From contig LCBT01000003.1 of assembly GCA_000997385.1 (NCBI GenBank), positions 64,892 through 128,891 on the forward strand: 64,000 nt of DNA. The letters run 5' to 3'. Position numbers and translations under genes: made by a program. The DNA comes from Candidatus Daviesbacteria bacterium GW2011_GWA1_41_61. Lineage in GTDB: Bacteria > Patescibacteriota > Microgenomatia > Daviesbacterales > UBA10151. The notes beneath the pieces are model-generated. The model did no database searches. It saw only the letters and a list, made by a program, of their open reading frames with translations, and had not been told where the DNA came from. The stretch's first letter is position 1. Each line of letters opens with the position of its first letter. Shown here piece after piece: positions 49,619 to 58,133 of this stretch.

Positions 49619-50281
49619 ATGATTAATATCAAAGTTGCTTACAATAGGGGTCGTGATGTTCAAGTGTATCTGAATTATCTGTATCAATTTAAGTCATACA
49701 AACATGGTCGAAATAATATCAGAGAAGAATTATTAAACTCATACCCTGAAGAGTTTAGGATCGCCCTGAATAATGCCCCTAATAGGTTAGAGGCAGCCAG
49801 AGTTGCAAAAAACTATCTAAAAGATAGATACATAGGTAAAAGATCCTATTTCAGAAAAGTTGCTTTAATGTTAGAAGAGGCTTGGATCAAACAAAGAGCA
49901 GATATTGAAAGACAATTGGCCGATCTTTACGGTCAAAAAGTTCCTTTTCAAATGATATGGGTTTATTATACAACTACCCCAATTTGTCCATATAATTTTA
50001 GAAAAAGAGAAATTATTGTCTCTTATAAGCGTCCGATTGATGTTCAAATAAATATTTTGAAACACGAGCTCAATCATTTTATGTTTTATAATTATTTTCC
50101 AGAACTATTAGAAGAATTTGGTAAAGAAAAGTTTGAATCATTAAAAGAAGCATTAACAGTTCTAACCAATCCAGAGGAGAAAGGGTACCCCGCTCAACAA
50201 AAACTTCGTCAATGGTTAAAAAAACAGCAGGGTACAATCCCTGAGATTATTACACAGGATAAATGGAAGAAATATCTTTAA
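49619..50281 (+). CDS. HExxH (gluzincin-like) metalloprotein
   Basis: LKHELNHFMF...LKEALT. Confidence 0.7.
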   Translation: MINIKVAYNRGRDVQVYLNYLYQFKSYKHGRNNIREELLNSYPEEFRIALNNAPNRLEAARVAKNYLKDRYIGKRSYFRKVALMLEEAWIKQRADIERQLADLYGQKVPFQMIWVYYTTTPICPYNFRKREIIVSYKRPIDVQINILKHELNHFMFYNYFPELLEEFGKEKFESLKEALTVLTNPEEKGYPAQQKLRQWLKKQQGTIPEIITQDKWKKYL

Positions 50282-50326
50282 AGAGGTAAAAATACTTGAT
50301 GTTCTCAAACTGAGTGTTTATTTAAC

Positions 50327-50413
50327 CACAAAACCTTAAGGTTCCATATCTTTACTTCTAGATTAATCCAAGACCAAAGATTTCAGGTGGTGCTATGTTT
50401 GCCAGCAAGGTAA
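50327..50413 (+). repeat. orphan 3' tail of the XRE/MmyB regulator (copy B)
   Basis: HKTLRFHIFTSRLIQDQRFQVVLCLPAR* versus gene end HKTFRFHIFTSRLIQDQRFQVVLYLTAE* (43884-43970). Confidence 0.9.
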
Positions 50414-50442
50414 GTGATCTAGAGTTATGATATAATTAGCTC

Positions 50443-50760
50443 ATGACTCAAGTGCAAATTCAGGATCAAATAGACTCTATTAAAAATCAACTCATAGAAA
50501 AGTACAAACCACAGAAGATTTTTTTGTTTGGTTCCTCTGTAACCGGAAAGATGACCGAAGATTCTGATTTAGATTTTTTAATCATCAAAGATGATAAAAA
50601 AGATCCATACAACCGGATAGTAGAAGTTTACCATCTAATAGAAAAAGATATTGCTGCGGATTTCCTGGTCTACACACCGCAGGAATTTAGTGAAAGGTTA
50701 AAACTAGGTGATCCTTTTGTAACTTCAATACCGTCAGAGGGAAAAGTCCTTTATGGTTGA
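50443..50760 (+). CDS. minimal nucleotidyltransferase (MNT) antitoxin
   Basis: LFGS...DSDLD motif. Confidence 0.88.
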   Translation: MTQVQIQDQIDSIKNQLIEKYKPQKIFLFGSSVTGKMTEDSDLDFLIIKDDKKDPYNRIVEVYHLIEKDIAADFLVYTPQEFSERLKLGDPFVTSIPSEGKVLYG

Positions 50761-50945
50761 AAATATGTACAGAACATGACTTGGAGTTTAATAAATTTAG
50801 TGAAGCTTCCAAACTTTTAAATCCATTTTACATTGTAACCCGCTATCCAGACTTTGTTATCTCAGTTAATAAATCTGACGCTGAAAACGCTCTCAAGATA
50901 GCAGAAGAAATTGCTGATCTAGTTAAATTGAAACTCTCTGCTTGA
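50753..50945 (+). pseudogene. HEPN domain remnant (N-terminus missing)
   Basis: LNPFYIVTRYPD...DAENAL; directly follows MNT. Confidence 0.7.
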
Positions 50946-51062
50946 TCTTCTTCTAAACTGGCTGTTTCTAAAAACTCAACAGATTGTTTCAGGTATTAGC
51001 TTCTAGGTAATTTTATCCCAAGAATTGGGACAAACTTGTTTATATTTGCCAGTAGAGTAAAA

Positions 51063-51710
51063 CTAGATATGGGATTTAACCAACTTGGTAAAGAATCGTT
51101 TTATTTCCTTTGGGTCGGCAGGTGTAGTCAAAGGAGCAGGTACTATATCAAAATTTGATAAATCTCCAAAATAGACTAATTGTTCTAAAAAGATTTTTTC
51201 ATCAAAAATACTGCCGTAAACACTTTTGGCTACCGAAATGATCTGTTTAAGATCCGTATAATCATGTTTTAAAATGGTGTATAGGTCAAAATAATCCCGG
51301 TATTCACCTCTTCTGCCAATGGTATATGCCTTCTGTACAGCAATTTCTTGTACAGGGAATAAAGATAAGCCATCTTCTAACTCCAGGATCTTAAAGTGTG
51401 GTTTAAAAGGGTAATAAAGAAAGGTAATTTTGATATTGTCCTTTGTAAAAAAGGTTAGCTCGTCGGGGGTATCAACAGCAATATTGTTAATTGGAAAACT
51501 TTGGGAAAGTTTCTCCAATAGTTTTTTGGGGATCTGTGAGGTGCTGAAAAAATCAAAATCAAAAGATTTACGGTGGACAAGTTGTAAGGCAAGTGCAGTC
51601 CCCCCACTCAGTACAAAACCTTTGGTTAGAGGAAGTAGTGTCTGTAACAACTCCCTCCTTTTATTATCTAATATATCGAGGTGTAGTTTTAAGGTATTTT
51701 TGTTCATCAA
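51063..51710 (-). CDS. AbiEii/AbiGii-type nucleotidyltransferase toxin
   Basis: LSGGTALAL...HRKSFDFDF, K...R...RDYFDLY. Confidence 0.88.
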   Translation of the reverse strand: MMNKNTLKLHLDILDNKRRELLQTLLPLTKGFVLSGGTALALQLVHRKSFDFDFFSTSQIPKKLLEKLSQSFPINNIAVDTPDELTFFTKDNIKITFLYYPFKPHFKILELEDGLSLFPVQEIAVQKAYTIGRRGEYRDYFDLYTILKHDYTDLKQIISVAKSVYGSIFDEKIFLEQLVYFGDLSNFDIVPAPLTTPADPKEIKRFFTKLVKSHI

Positions 51711-51921
51711 TTGAACTGTTGATATCTAGCACAAAATTTTTGATGAAATTGAGTGCTGGTTTTGTGTAGATCTTTTTGGGATAGTGCAGAAAAAGCTCCT
51801 TTAGCCATTTTTCTCCTAGTGTCTTTTTTAAAGATCTGATTTCTTGAAGTGTACCATACATTAATACTTGGTGGACAGTATCCGGTGATCTAATATCTGC
51901 TGTGGTTGAATACCACATACG
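51664..51921 (-). CDS. DUF6922-like antitoxin partner, probably 5'-truncated
   Basis: HQVLMYGT..EI; overlaps the toxin start; 5' end abuts a regulator tail. Confidence 0.6.
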   Translation of the reverse strand, partial: RMWYSTTADIRSPDTVHQVLMYGTLQEIRSLKKTLGEKWLKELFLHYPKKIYTKPALNFIKNFVLDINSSIDEQKYLKTTPRYIR

Positions 51922-51978
51922 TCTAGATTAATCCAAGACCAAAGATTCCAGGTGGTTTTGTATTTACCAGCAGAGTAG
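51922..51978 (+). repeat. orphan 3' tail of the XRE/MmyB regulator (copy C)
   Basis: SRLIQDQRFQVVLYLPAE*. Confidence 0.9.
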
Positions 51979-51993
51979 TTTTAAAAAGCTCTT

Positions 51994-52670
51994 TTAAGTG
52001 GTATGGTTATTTGCTAGTTGATGAACAAGTAAGTCATCTGGATATTCAATAGCTGTTTCTATTATCTGTCTAATAGTCTCTTGGGTTAAGATAAACGGAT
52101 TACCAGTGATTCTAGCAACAAGATAAGCCTTTAAGAAAAGATCATGCAAGAAGCAAAGTTTCTTCTCCAGATATTTTTCAAAACAATTATCAATAACTAA
52201 AAGCTCATCGATTTCTTGTGAGTGTTTAAAATCTCGTTCTAACAAGAAGTATATTTTTGCGATAGTTTGAGCGCGAATTTGATCTTCAATATCACTTAAT
52301 CTGTCCTCAGACGGAAAAGGTTTATCAGCGTTTTTATATCTTCCCCAGCAAGTTTGAAAATATTGTTCATCGTTATTAAAGTACAGTTTTAATAGTCTAC
52401 TTTTCAGGGGATTTATATCTTCGTCTAAAGAAGTATGATAGTATCTTCCCATATCAATTGCGAACCTTAGATAAGCCGGAGGTGAGGAGGTAGTCAATAA
52501 AGTTTGACGATCTTGAGGAGAGAGGTAGGCTAAAGAGCCGTTTAAATAGCATTCAATAAAATCCTTAATTCTTGCTCCTGCTGCAAAGTAGATCGGCTCT
52601 ATGGTCAAAGATTGTCTATATAGATTTGCCCCTTCATCCAGGCTATCTTGTTCTGTTGCTGTTCCAAAAC
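51994..52670 (-). pseudogene. hypothetical protein, 5' end cut by an IS fragment
   Basis: Open frame with no plausible start before the antisense transposase fragment. Confidence 0.5.
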
Positions 52671-52674
52671 GAGT

Positions 52675-52990
52675 AACATTTTGCAAACAGATGGAGGCCC
52701 TGAATTTAAGGCTGAATTTAAAGCTAATGTATTCAAATATGCAGATAGATTCAGAGTAGCCAGGCCATACAAAAAGAATGAACAAAGCTACATTGAGAGT
52801 TTTAACAGATCACTCAGAAAAGAGTGTTTAGGCTGGAGTAAGTATAGAGCTGATCAACTGTCAAGCCTAACTAGAGAACTAACAGATTATTTAGTGTATT
52901 ATCATACTAAGAGGCCTCATATGAGTTTAGGTATGAAGACACCAGAAAGGTTTTTAAAAGAACTAGTGTCGGATATTTAAGTGTACATAC
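52675..52990 (+). mobile_element. IS481/IS3-type DDE (rve) transposase, 3' fragment
   Basis: LQTDGGPEF, IESFNRSLRKEC, RPHMSLGMKTP. Confidence 0.82.
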
Positions 52991-53142
52991 CGGATTGGGC
53001 GTTGAAAGTAATATTTCAGAGTCCTTGACACGATTTCGTCATTGCGAGCGTAGCGAAGCAATCTCTGACATGTTTTGATACACTTTTGTCAACAAGACTG
53101 AAATATTACCGTTGAAATTAAGACACAGAAGATAAAAAATTA

Positions 53143-53673
53143 TCAACTGTATTGTGATATTAAGTTGCTAAGTTTTTCGATATCATCATACTTATGTTCA
53201 TTGCCAGAAAATTTTGTTATCTGGTAACTTTTGATTTGAGTTTGTGTTAAAAATTCTGTTAACTGATGAAAGGGGATAGCTGGATCATTGGAATTTTGAA
53301 TAAATAAAGTAGGGACTTCATAATTTTTGAATAATGAATTTAAATCAATGTTTTGGAGTTTTGCCCAAGAAAAAGCCATGCCTGCAAAAATACATTTTGA
53401 AGGTTTGAGTTTTTTAAGTTTTTTATCTGAAATTGCTTTCAAGGCAAGGATAACTCCTACAGATTTAGCAAAAATAATATAATCCTTAAAATTACTGGTA
53501 AAATCAGCTAGAGTATTGAGCTCATATTCTAGATTAAGGAACTTCTCATCAGTGCCCCAGTGGTGGTAGTTTTGAATGTATATAGAGTCGAAGTGGGATT
53601 TTAATGATGATTTTAAAGATTCTGCCCACTGCTTATTAGAAAGACTATTACCAGGTAAGATAATAAGATCCAT
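53143..53673 (-). CDS. alpha/beta hydrolase-fold protein
   Basis: LPGNS, AKSVG, DP and H motifs. Confidence 0.7.
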   Translation of the reverse strand: MDLIILPGNSLSNKQWAESLKSSLKSHFDSIYIQNYHHWGTDEKFLNLEYELNTLADFTSNFKDYIIFAKSVGVILALKAISDKKLKKLKPSKCIFAGMAFSWAKLQNIDLNSLFKNYEVPTLFIQNSNDPAIPFHQLTEFLTQTQIKSYQITKFSGNEHKYDDIEKLSNLISQYS

Positions 53674-53715
53674 GATTGTAAACAAATAATAACCTAGATT
53701 TTCTTAAAAAGCTAT

Positions 53716-53772
53716 TCTGAACTAGTTTCAGACCAAAGGTTCCAGGTAGTATTATATTTGCCAGCAGAGTAA
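53716..53772 (+). repeat. orphan 3' tail of the XRE/MmyB regulator (copy D)
   Basis: SELVSDQRFQVVLYLPAE*. Confidence 0.85.
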
Positions 53773-53832
53773 TCATTTTCCACAAAAAATCCTCAAGACA
53801 GAGGGTCTTTTGCTACATAAAATATATGTGAA

Positions 53833-54162
53833 TTAGTCTTTGTGCCAAGGCAAACGGGCATTGGGTCTCCCAAATAACCAGGCAGCGGTAATTGCTACAG
53901 CTATGGCTCCTGCTAAATATGCCCAGAAATTAGATCCTGTAAGACCTGCATCCCAAGGTAAAGCAAAACCTCCTGTTCCTGCAGCGATACCTAAAACATA
54001 AAGTCCAATGATTAAGTTTATAAATCCCCACACCACATTTAGCATAGGAGATGAAACTCTCTTAAAGGGTGTCATATGTGTTTGACCCATGATACCGGGA
54101 ACTAAATGGGGAATAGAATTCCATGTAAAGAATCCTGCTAAGAAATACCAGAGTAATTCCAT
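53833..54162 (-). CDS. small membrane protein
   Basis: NSIPHLV.G...TPF..SS...N..WG; 3 TM segments; SD GGGGTGA. Confidence 0.7.
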   Translation of the reverse strand: MELLWYFLAGFFTWNSIPHLVPGIMGQTHMTPFKRVSSPMLNVVWGFINLIIGLYVLGIAAGTGGFALPWDAGLTGSNFWAYLAGAIAVAITAAWLFGRPNARLPWHKD

Positions 54163-54284
54163 ATTCTCACCCCCTTACTTACTCAGATTTTTCTTAACTT
54201 TTGGAAACTCCTGAGCTGTTACGAACTTTGGTATTGACAGAAGAGCATCTATAAGATTAGTATCGAAACAAGAGGAGGTGAATT

Positions 54285-54683
54285 ATGGATTTTTCTAAAG
54301 CTAAAAAAGTTATAGAAGCAGCAGAGGCAAAAGCAGAAGAGTTGGGGATTGCAATCTCCACCGCTATAGTTGATGAATATGGTGATTTAGTAGCATTCTC
54401 ACGGATGAAAGGAGCTATTAAAATTAGCCCCAAGTTTGCGCTTGCCAAAGCCTATACAGCTGGAACGATTGGTATGGCTACAGTAGATATGGCTCCCTAT
54501 GCAGTTCCTGGTAAGCCTTATTATGGTATGGACGCATTATTTGGGGGGGAATTAACCACGATAGCAGGTGGTTTACCTATCAAAGCGGGAGATAAATTAA
54601 TTGGCGGAATAGGAGTAGGTGGTTCAGCAGATGTGACTCAAGATGTGGAATGCGCTCAAGCTGCACTGAAGGCTCTTGAATGA
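54285..54683 (+). CDS. GlcG/HbpS heme-binding family protein
   Basis: AIVDEYG, AKAYTA, GGLPI and IGGIGVGG..D..CA motifs. Confidence 0.9.
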   Translation: MDFSKAKKVIEAAEAKAEELGIAISTAIVDEYGDLVAFSRMKGAIKISPKFALAKAYTAGTIGMATVDMAPYAVPGKPYYGMDALFGGELTTIAGGLPIKAGDKLIGGIGVGGSADVTQDVECAQAALKALE

Positions 54684-54864
54684 GCTTTTGGCCGACTTGA
54701 ATAGCGACGAGCTTTTTGGTAAGGGGGAATTTCTATAAAGATTCGGTTAAAGTCCTCACCTGCTCGAACAGTGGTACATCGTCCTCCCATCCACTGGAGA
54801 GCTTCGCAAAATTGCCACTAAGTTTCATTTATTGGAGGAGAGATTGTCTTTTGTCAAGAACAAC

Positions 54865-56754
54865 CTAGAGTTTGTTCGGAAAAATAATTCTACCTGCTAC
54901 TGCACTGGCTGCAACCACAGCTGGATTTGCTAGATAAACATCTCCTTGGCCCATTCTGCCTGGGAAATTTCTATTTGTTGCGGAGATTCCCACTTCACCT
55001 TTACTTACAGATCCTGGTCCAAAATTAACACATGCTCCGCATGCAGAAGGAACTATGATAGCCCCTGCTTCACTGAGTATTTTTATGATGCCTTCTCGAG
55101 AGAGTCTTTCGTAGATAGATCTAGAGCTGGCTGAAACATGAAGTTGTACGCTCGGATATACTTTTTTCCCTTCCAAAACTCTGGCTGCCGCGACTAAATC
55201 TTCATATTTTCCACCAGTGCAGGATCCAATAAAGGCTTTATTAATTTGTACGGTTTCATTATTTTCTTCTAATAATTGAGATAGAGGTATGCCATTACGA
55301 GGATCCCCAGGCGTTGCAACATATGGTTCTAGTTTTGAGGTGTCAATAAGGAATTTATTCTCATAGACTGCATCTGGATCACTGTATACTGACAGTTCAG
55401 ATATTTCTGAAGCAGATAAATGATGTCTTTCCATGAAATATTCTGCTAACATCCTGTTCATCTCGACGTAACCTGTATACCCCCCACCTTCTACAGTCAT
55501 ATTAGAAAAAACAAATTGTTCGTCAACCGGTAATATATCTAATGTTGTCCCACTGAACAAAAAGATTCTTCCAATGCCGCCACCACTGCGAATTGTGTCA
55601 CGAGAAAGTATATAGAGCATGATATCTTTGGCCATAGTACCAGATGGAGGTAATCCTCTTAGTTCAAAGTTTATTGTTGGGGGAACACTCATACGTATCT
55701 TTTTTGCCCAAAGTGCAGCTCCCCATTCCGTAGAACCCACACCGACTGGTAAAGCACCGAGCCCAAGGCTGCAAGTGTGAGAATCAGTGCCTGTACTTAC
55801 ATCTCCAGGCTTTAAGTATCTTTCTAGCATTACTGTGTGACAGATGCCTTCTGTTCCCTGTTCACGGTTTCCATCGTAGAGTGTAAATCCTTCCTTGCGA
55901 GCTATCGAGCGCATCTGTTGGGCCAAGGAATATGCATCGGGAGAACTATCAAGGAGAGAGTGGTCATAAAACAGATAAACAGAGTCTGGATCTTTAATGA
56001 CAGCATTTGAGATTTGTTTTTGCAGGATGGAGTAACTCATTGGGAAAAAGATTTCGTAAGAATAGCGATGATCCACATCTATAAACCCTAAATCTCCTGG
56101 TTTTACATAGAGTATTCCCATATGTTTAGCAATAATTTTTTCCGGAGCTGTCATTGGACGAGTTCCTGTCTCGGGTTTGGGAATTATCCCAGGATTATCT
56201 TGATATTGTCTTAGGAAAGGAAAAAGTCCTCCTGCCGAGACAATGGCAGCAGAAATTGGGTCTAATCCTCGTGTCGCTTCTGATAAAGGAAGAACTCCTT
56301 CGTTTACAAGCCTCGTTGCGTATAAATAGGGATTACCTTCTATATAAGGTAGCCCAATATTTTGACAATTTTGAGCGCAAATTCTTTCTACAGAGGAGGC
56401 AATGATAACTTTAATTCCTGCAGCTTTTAAAGACCAAGGAAAATGTTCACGGGAAGAACCACTTCCAAAGGAACGACCTGCTACAATACCTCCGAAATTC
56501 CCCCTTCTTATTGCATCATCAGGAATAGGACTACTATTACTAAGGCGAAGGCCAGTGAGTGCTTTACTTGCCATATACTCTTCGTCAAAACGAAAACAAG
56601 CCTTTGTGGGGTAAGCATCTGTTGAGACTCGGTCTAAAAGAGAATCTTCATTGACTGGCTCGATATCTTCTCCCGCCAATTGTCGCTCTATTAAAATGGG
56701 GTTTTTCGTTAAATATAAGATTCGCTTACCTTCAATGTTTATTGTTTCTAACAT
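54865..56754 (-). CDS. aconitase-family dehydratase: N-terminal swivel (LeuD-like) fused to LeuC-like domain
   Basis: FGSGSSREH swivel; DH, GICH, DSHT, IGSCTGG, CGAC and TNRNFPGRMG motifs. Confidence 0.88.
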   Translation of the reverse strand: MLETINIEGKRILYLTKNPILIERQLAGEDIEPVNEDSLLDRVSTDAYPTKACFRFDEEYMASKALTGLRLSNSSPIPDDAIRRGNFGGIVAGRSFGSGSSREHFPWSLKAAGIKVIIASSVERICAQNCQNIGLPYIEGNPYLYATRLVNEGVLPLSEATRGLDPISAAIVSAGGLFPFLRQYQDNPGIIPKPETGTRPMTAPEKIIAKHMGILYVKPGDLGFIDVDHRYSYEIFFPMSYSILQKQISNAVIKDPDSVYLFYDHSLLDSSPDAYSLAQQMRSIARKEGFTLYDGNREQGTEGICHTVMLERYLKPGDVSTGTDSHTCSLGLGALPVGVGSTEWGAALWAKKIRMSVPPTINFELRGLPPSGTMAKDIMLYILSRDTIRSGGGIGRIFLFSGTTLDILPVDEQFVFSNMTVEGGGYTGYVEMNRMLAEYFMERHHLSASEISELSVYSDPDAVYENKFLIDTSKLEPYVATPGDPRNGIPLSQLLEENNETVQINKAFIGSCTGGKYEDLVAAARVLEGKKVYPSVQLHVSASSRSIYERLSREGIIKILSEAGAIIVPSACGACVNFGPGSVSKGEVGISATNRNFPGRMGQGDVYLANPAVVAASAVAGRIIFPNKL

Positions 56755-56873
56755 GGTATTTGCATTATACTATAAGTTATTGTATAATTCAACTATATTT
56801 GTTAACAGTATAATATAACATTATAATAAGTGTAATATATATTATTGCAAAAATGTTAACATAAAATAAAATT

Positions 56874-58133
56874 ATGACTATTAATGAAAATGAAATTGAA
56901 AACCATAATTGGGGAGATTATGATTTTTCAAAGACTGATGTTGAGGTTTTAGATACCTCTTTAAGAGATGGATTACAAGATTCTGATATCAGGCACCCTA
57001 ATTTAGAGGAAAAACTAGAACTTATAGATAAGCTTGTTAAGGTAGGTATTGATGCTATTGATCTTGCTATTCCTGTTGCGAGAGGCCCCCATTTAAAGGA
57101 TGCTATCCAGATTGCTAGAAGAGTGCCTTCTAACGTCATAGTAGCATGCTTGGCAAGAACTCATGAGGTTGATATCAAAGCTGCTCTTGAATTAGCCCAA
57201 GGGGCGGGTAGAAATATTGAAGGAATTATTTTTGTAGGCTCAAGTCCCTTACGTAGGTTCGTTGAAGGTTGGGAGCTTAATTATATGAAAAAATGGATGG
57301 AAGAAAATGTAGCTTTGGCTGCTCAAGAGGGAATTATACCAGTAGTTGCAACTGAACATACAACCGAAACGGAACCTGCGGTTATAAAGCTGCTGTATAG
57401 GGTTGGGCTTGAAAATGGAGGTAAAAAGGTCTGTATCGCTGATACAACAGGTACTGCTACACCGAGGGGTGTTCAAAGATTAATAACTTTCTTTAAAAAA
57501 GAAGTCCTAGTTGGATTTGATGGCGTCACTATTGATTGGCATGGCCATAATGATAGAGATTTAGCTGTAGTTAATAGTATGGAAGCATTTGATAGTGGTG
57601 CTAAGAGGGTTCATGTTTCAGTTTTGGGAATAGGCGAAAGGGCAGGGAATACAAGACTAGAGTCTATATTAACTAATCTTAAAATTGTTGGAGATCCCAA
57701 AAGACAAGATTTAACAAAAATACTTGAGTTATCAGAATTTGCTTCTAATATATATAGAGTAGATATACCTTCTAATACCCCAGCTATTGGTGATAAAGCA
57801 GGAAGAACAGCTTCGGGAATTCATGGTTCTGCTGAATGGAAAATGCGTCTGCTTAGCCGACAAGGCAAATTATCTTTAAAGAATAGGAGATCTCCATATT
57901 CAGCAATAGATCAGCGTTGGTTTGGGAAAGACCCTGAGGTTCTTGTAGGGCCATTAGCTGGAGAGGATAGTGTTCTGTGTGTTTTAGATGAGCTGGGAAT
58001 CGAACCATCTCCCAAAATGGTGCAGAGAATACTAAATTCTGCAGTTATCCAGCAAGAAGTCTTAACTAAAGAAAAAGTTCGTAATATCGCTCGAAGTATG
58101 GAGGATAACGGTCAGAATGGCTATAGTAAATAA
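56874..58133 (+). CDS. 2-isopropylmalate/homocitrate synthase-like (DRE-TIM), no regulatory domain
   Basis: DTSLRDGLQ, IADTTG, HGHNDR, GIGERAGN and SGIH motifs. Confidence 0.88.
   Translation: MTINENEIENHNWGDYDFSKTDVEVLDTSLRDGLQDSDIRHPNLEEKLELIDKLVKVGIDAIDLAIPVARGPHLKDAIQIARRVPSNVIVACLARTHEVDIKAALELAQGAGRNIEGIIFVGSSPLRRFVEGWELNYMKKWMEENVALAAQEGIIPVVATEHTTETEPAVIKLLYRVGLENGGKKVCIADTTGTATPRGVQRLITFFKKEVLVGFDGVTIDWHGHNDRDLAVVNSMEAFDSGAKRVHVSVLGIGERAGNTRLESILTNLKIVGDPKRQDLTKILELSEFASNIYRVDIPSNTPAIGDKAGRTASGIHGSAEWKMRLLSRQGKLSLKNRRSPYSAIDQRWFGKDPEVLVGPLAGEDSVLCVLDELGIEPSPKMVQRILNSAVIQQEVLTKEKVRNIARSMEDNGQNGYSK

Noticed and set aside
51994-52785. 263-aa ORF as an intact gene
   Set aside because: Its N-terminal part is the antisense of the IS transposase fragment, so it is a chimeric reading frame.
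39471-53772. Regulator-tail repeats as a CRISPR array, integron attC sites or a DGR template/variable pair
   Set aside because: Spacing is kilobases and irregular, the repeats are non-palindromic coding tails, differences are not adenine-specific, and no cas, intI or reverse transcriptase gene is present.
54865-58133. Assigning leuA/leuC/leuD gene symbols
   Set aside because: Substrate specificity cannot be read from the motifs, and there is no leuB or regulatory domain; homocitrate, citramalate or other chemistry is equally possible.
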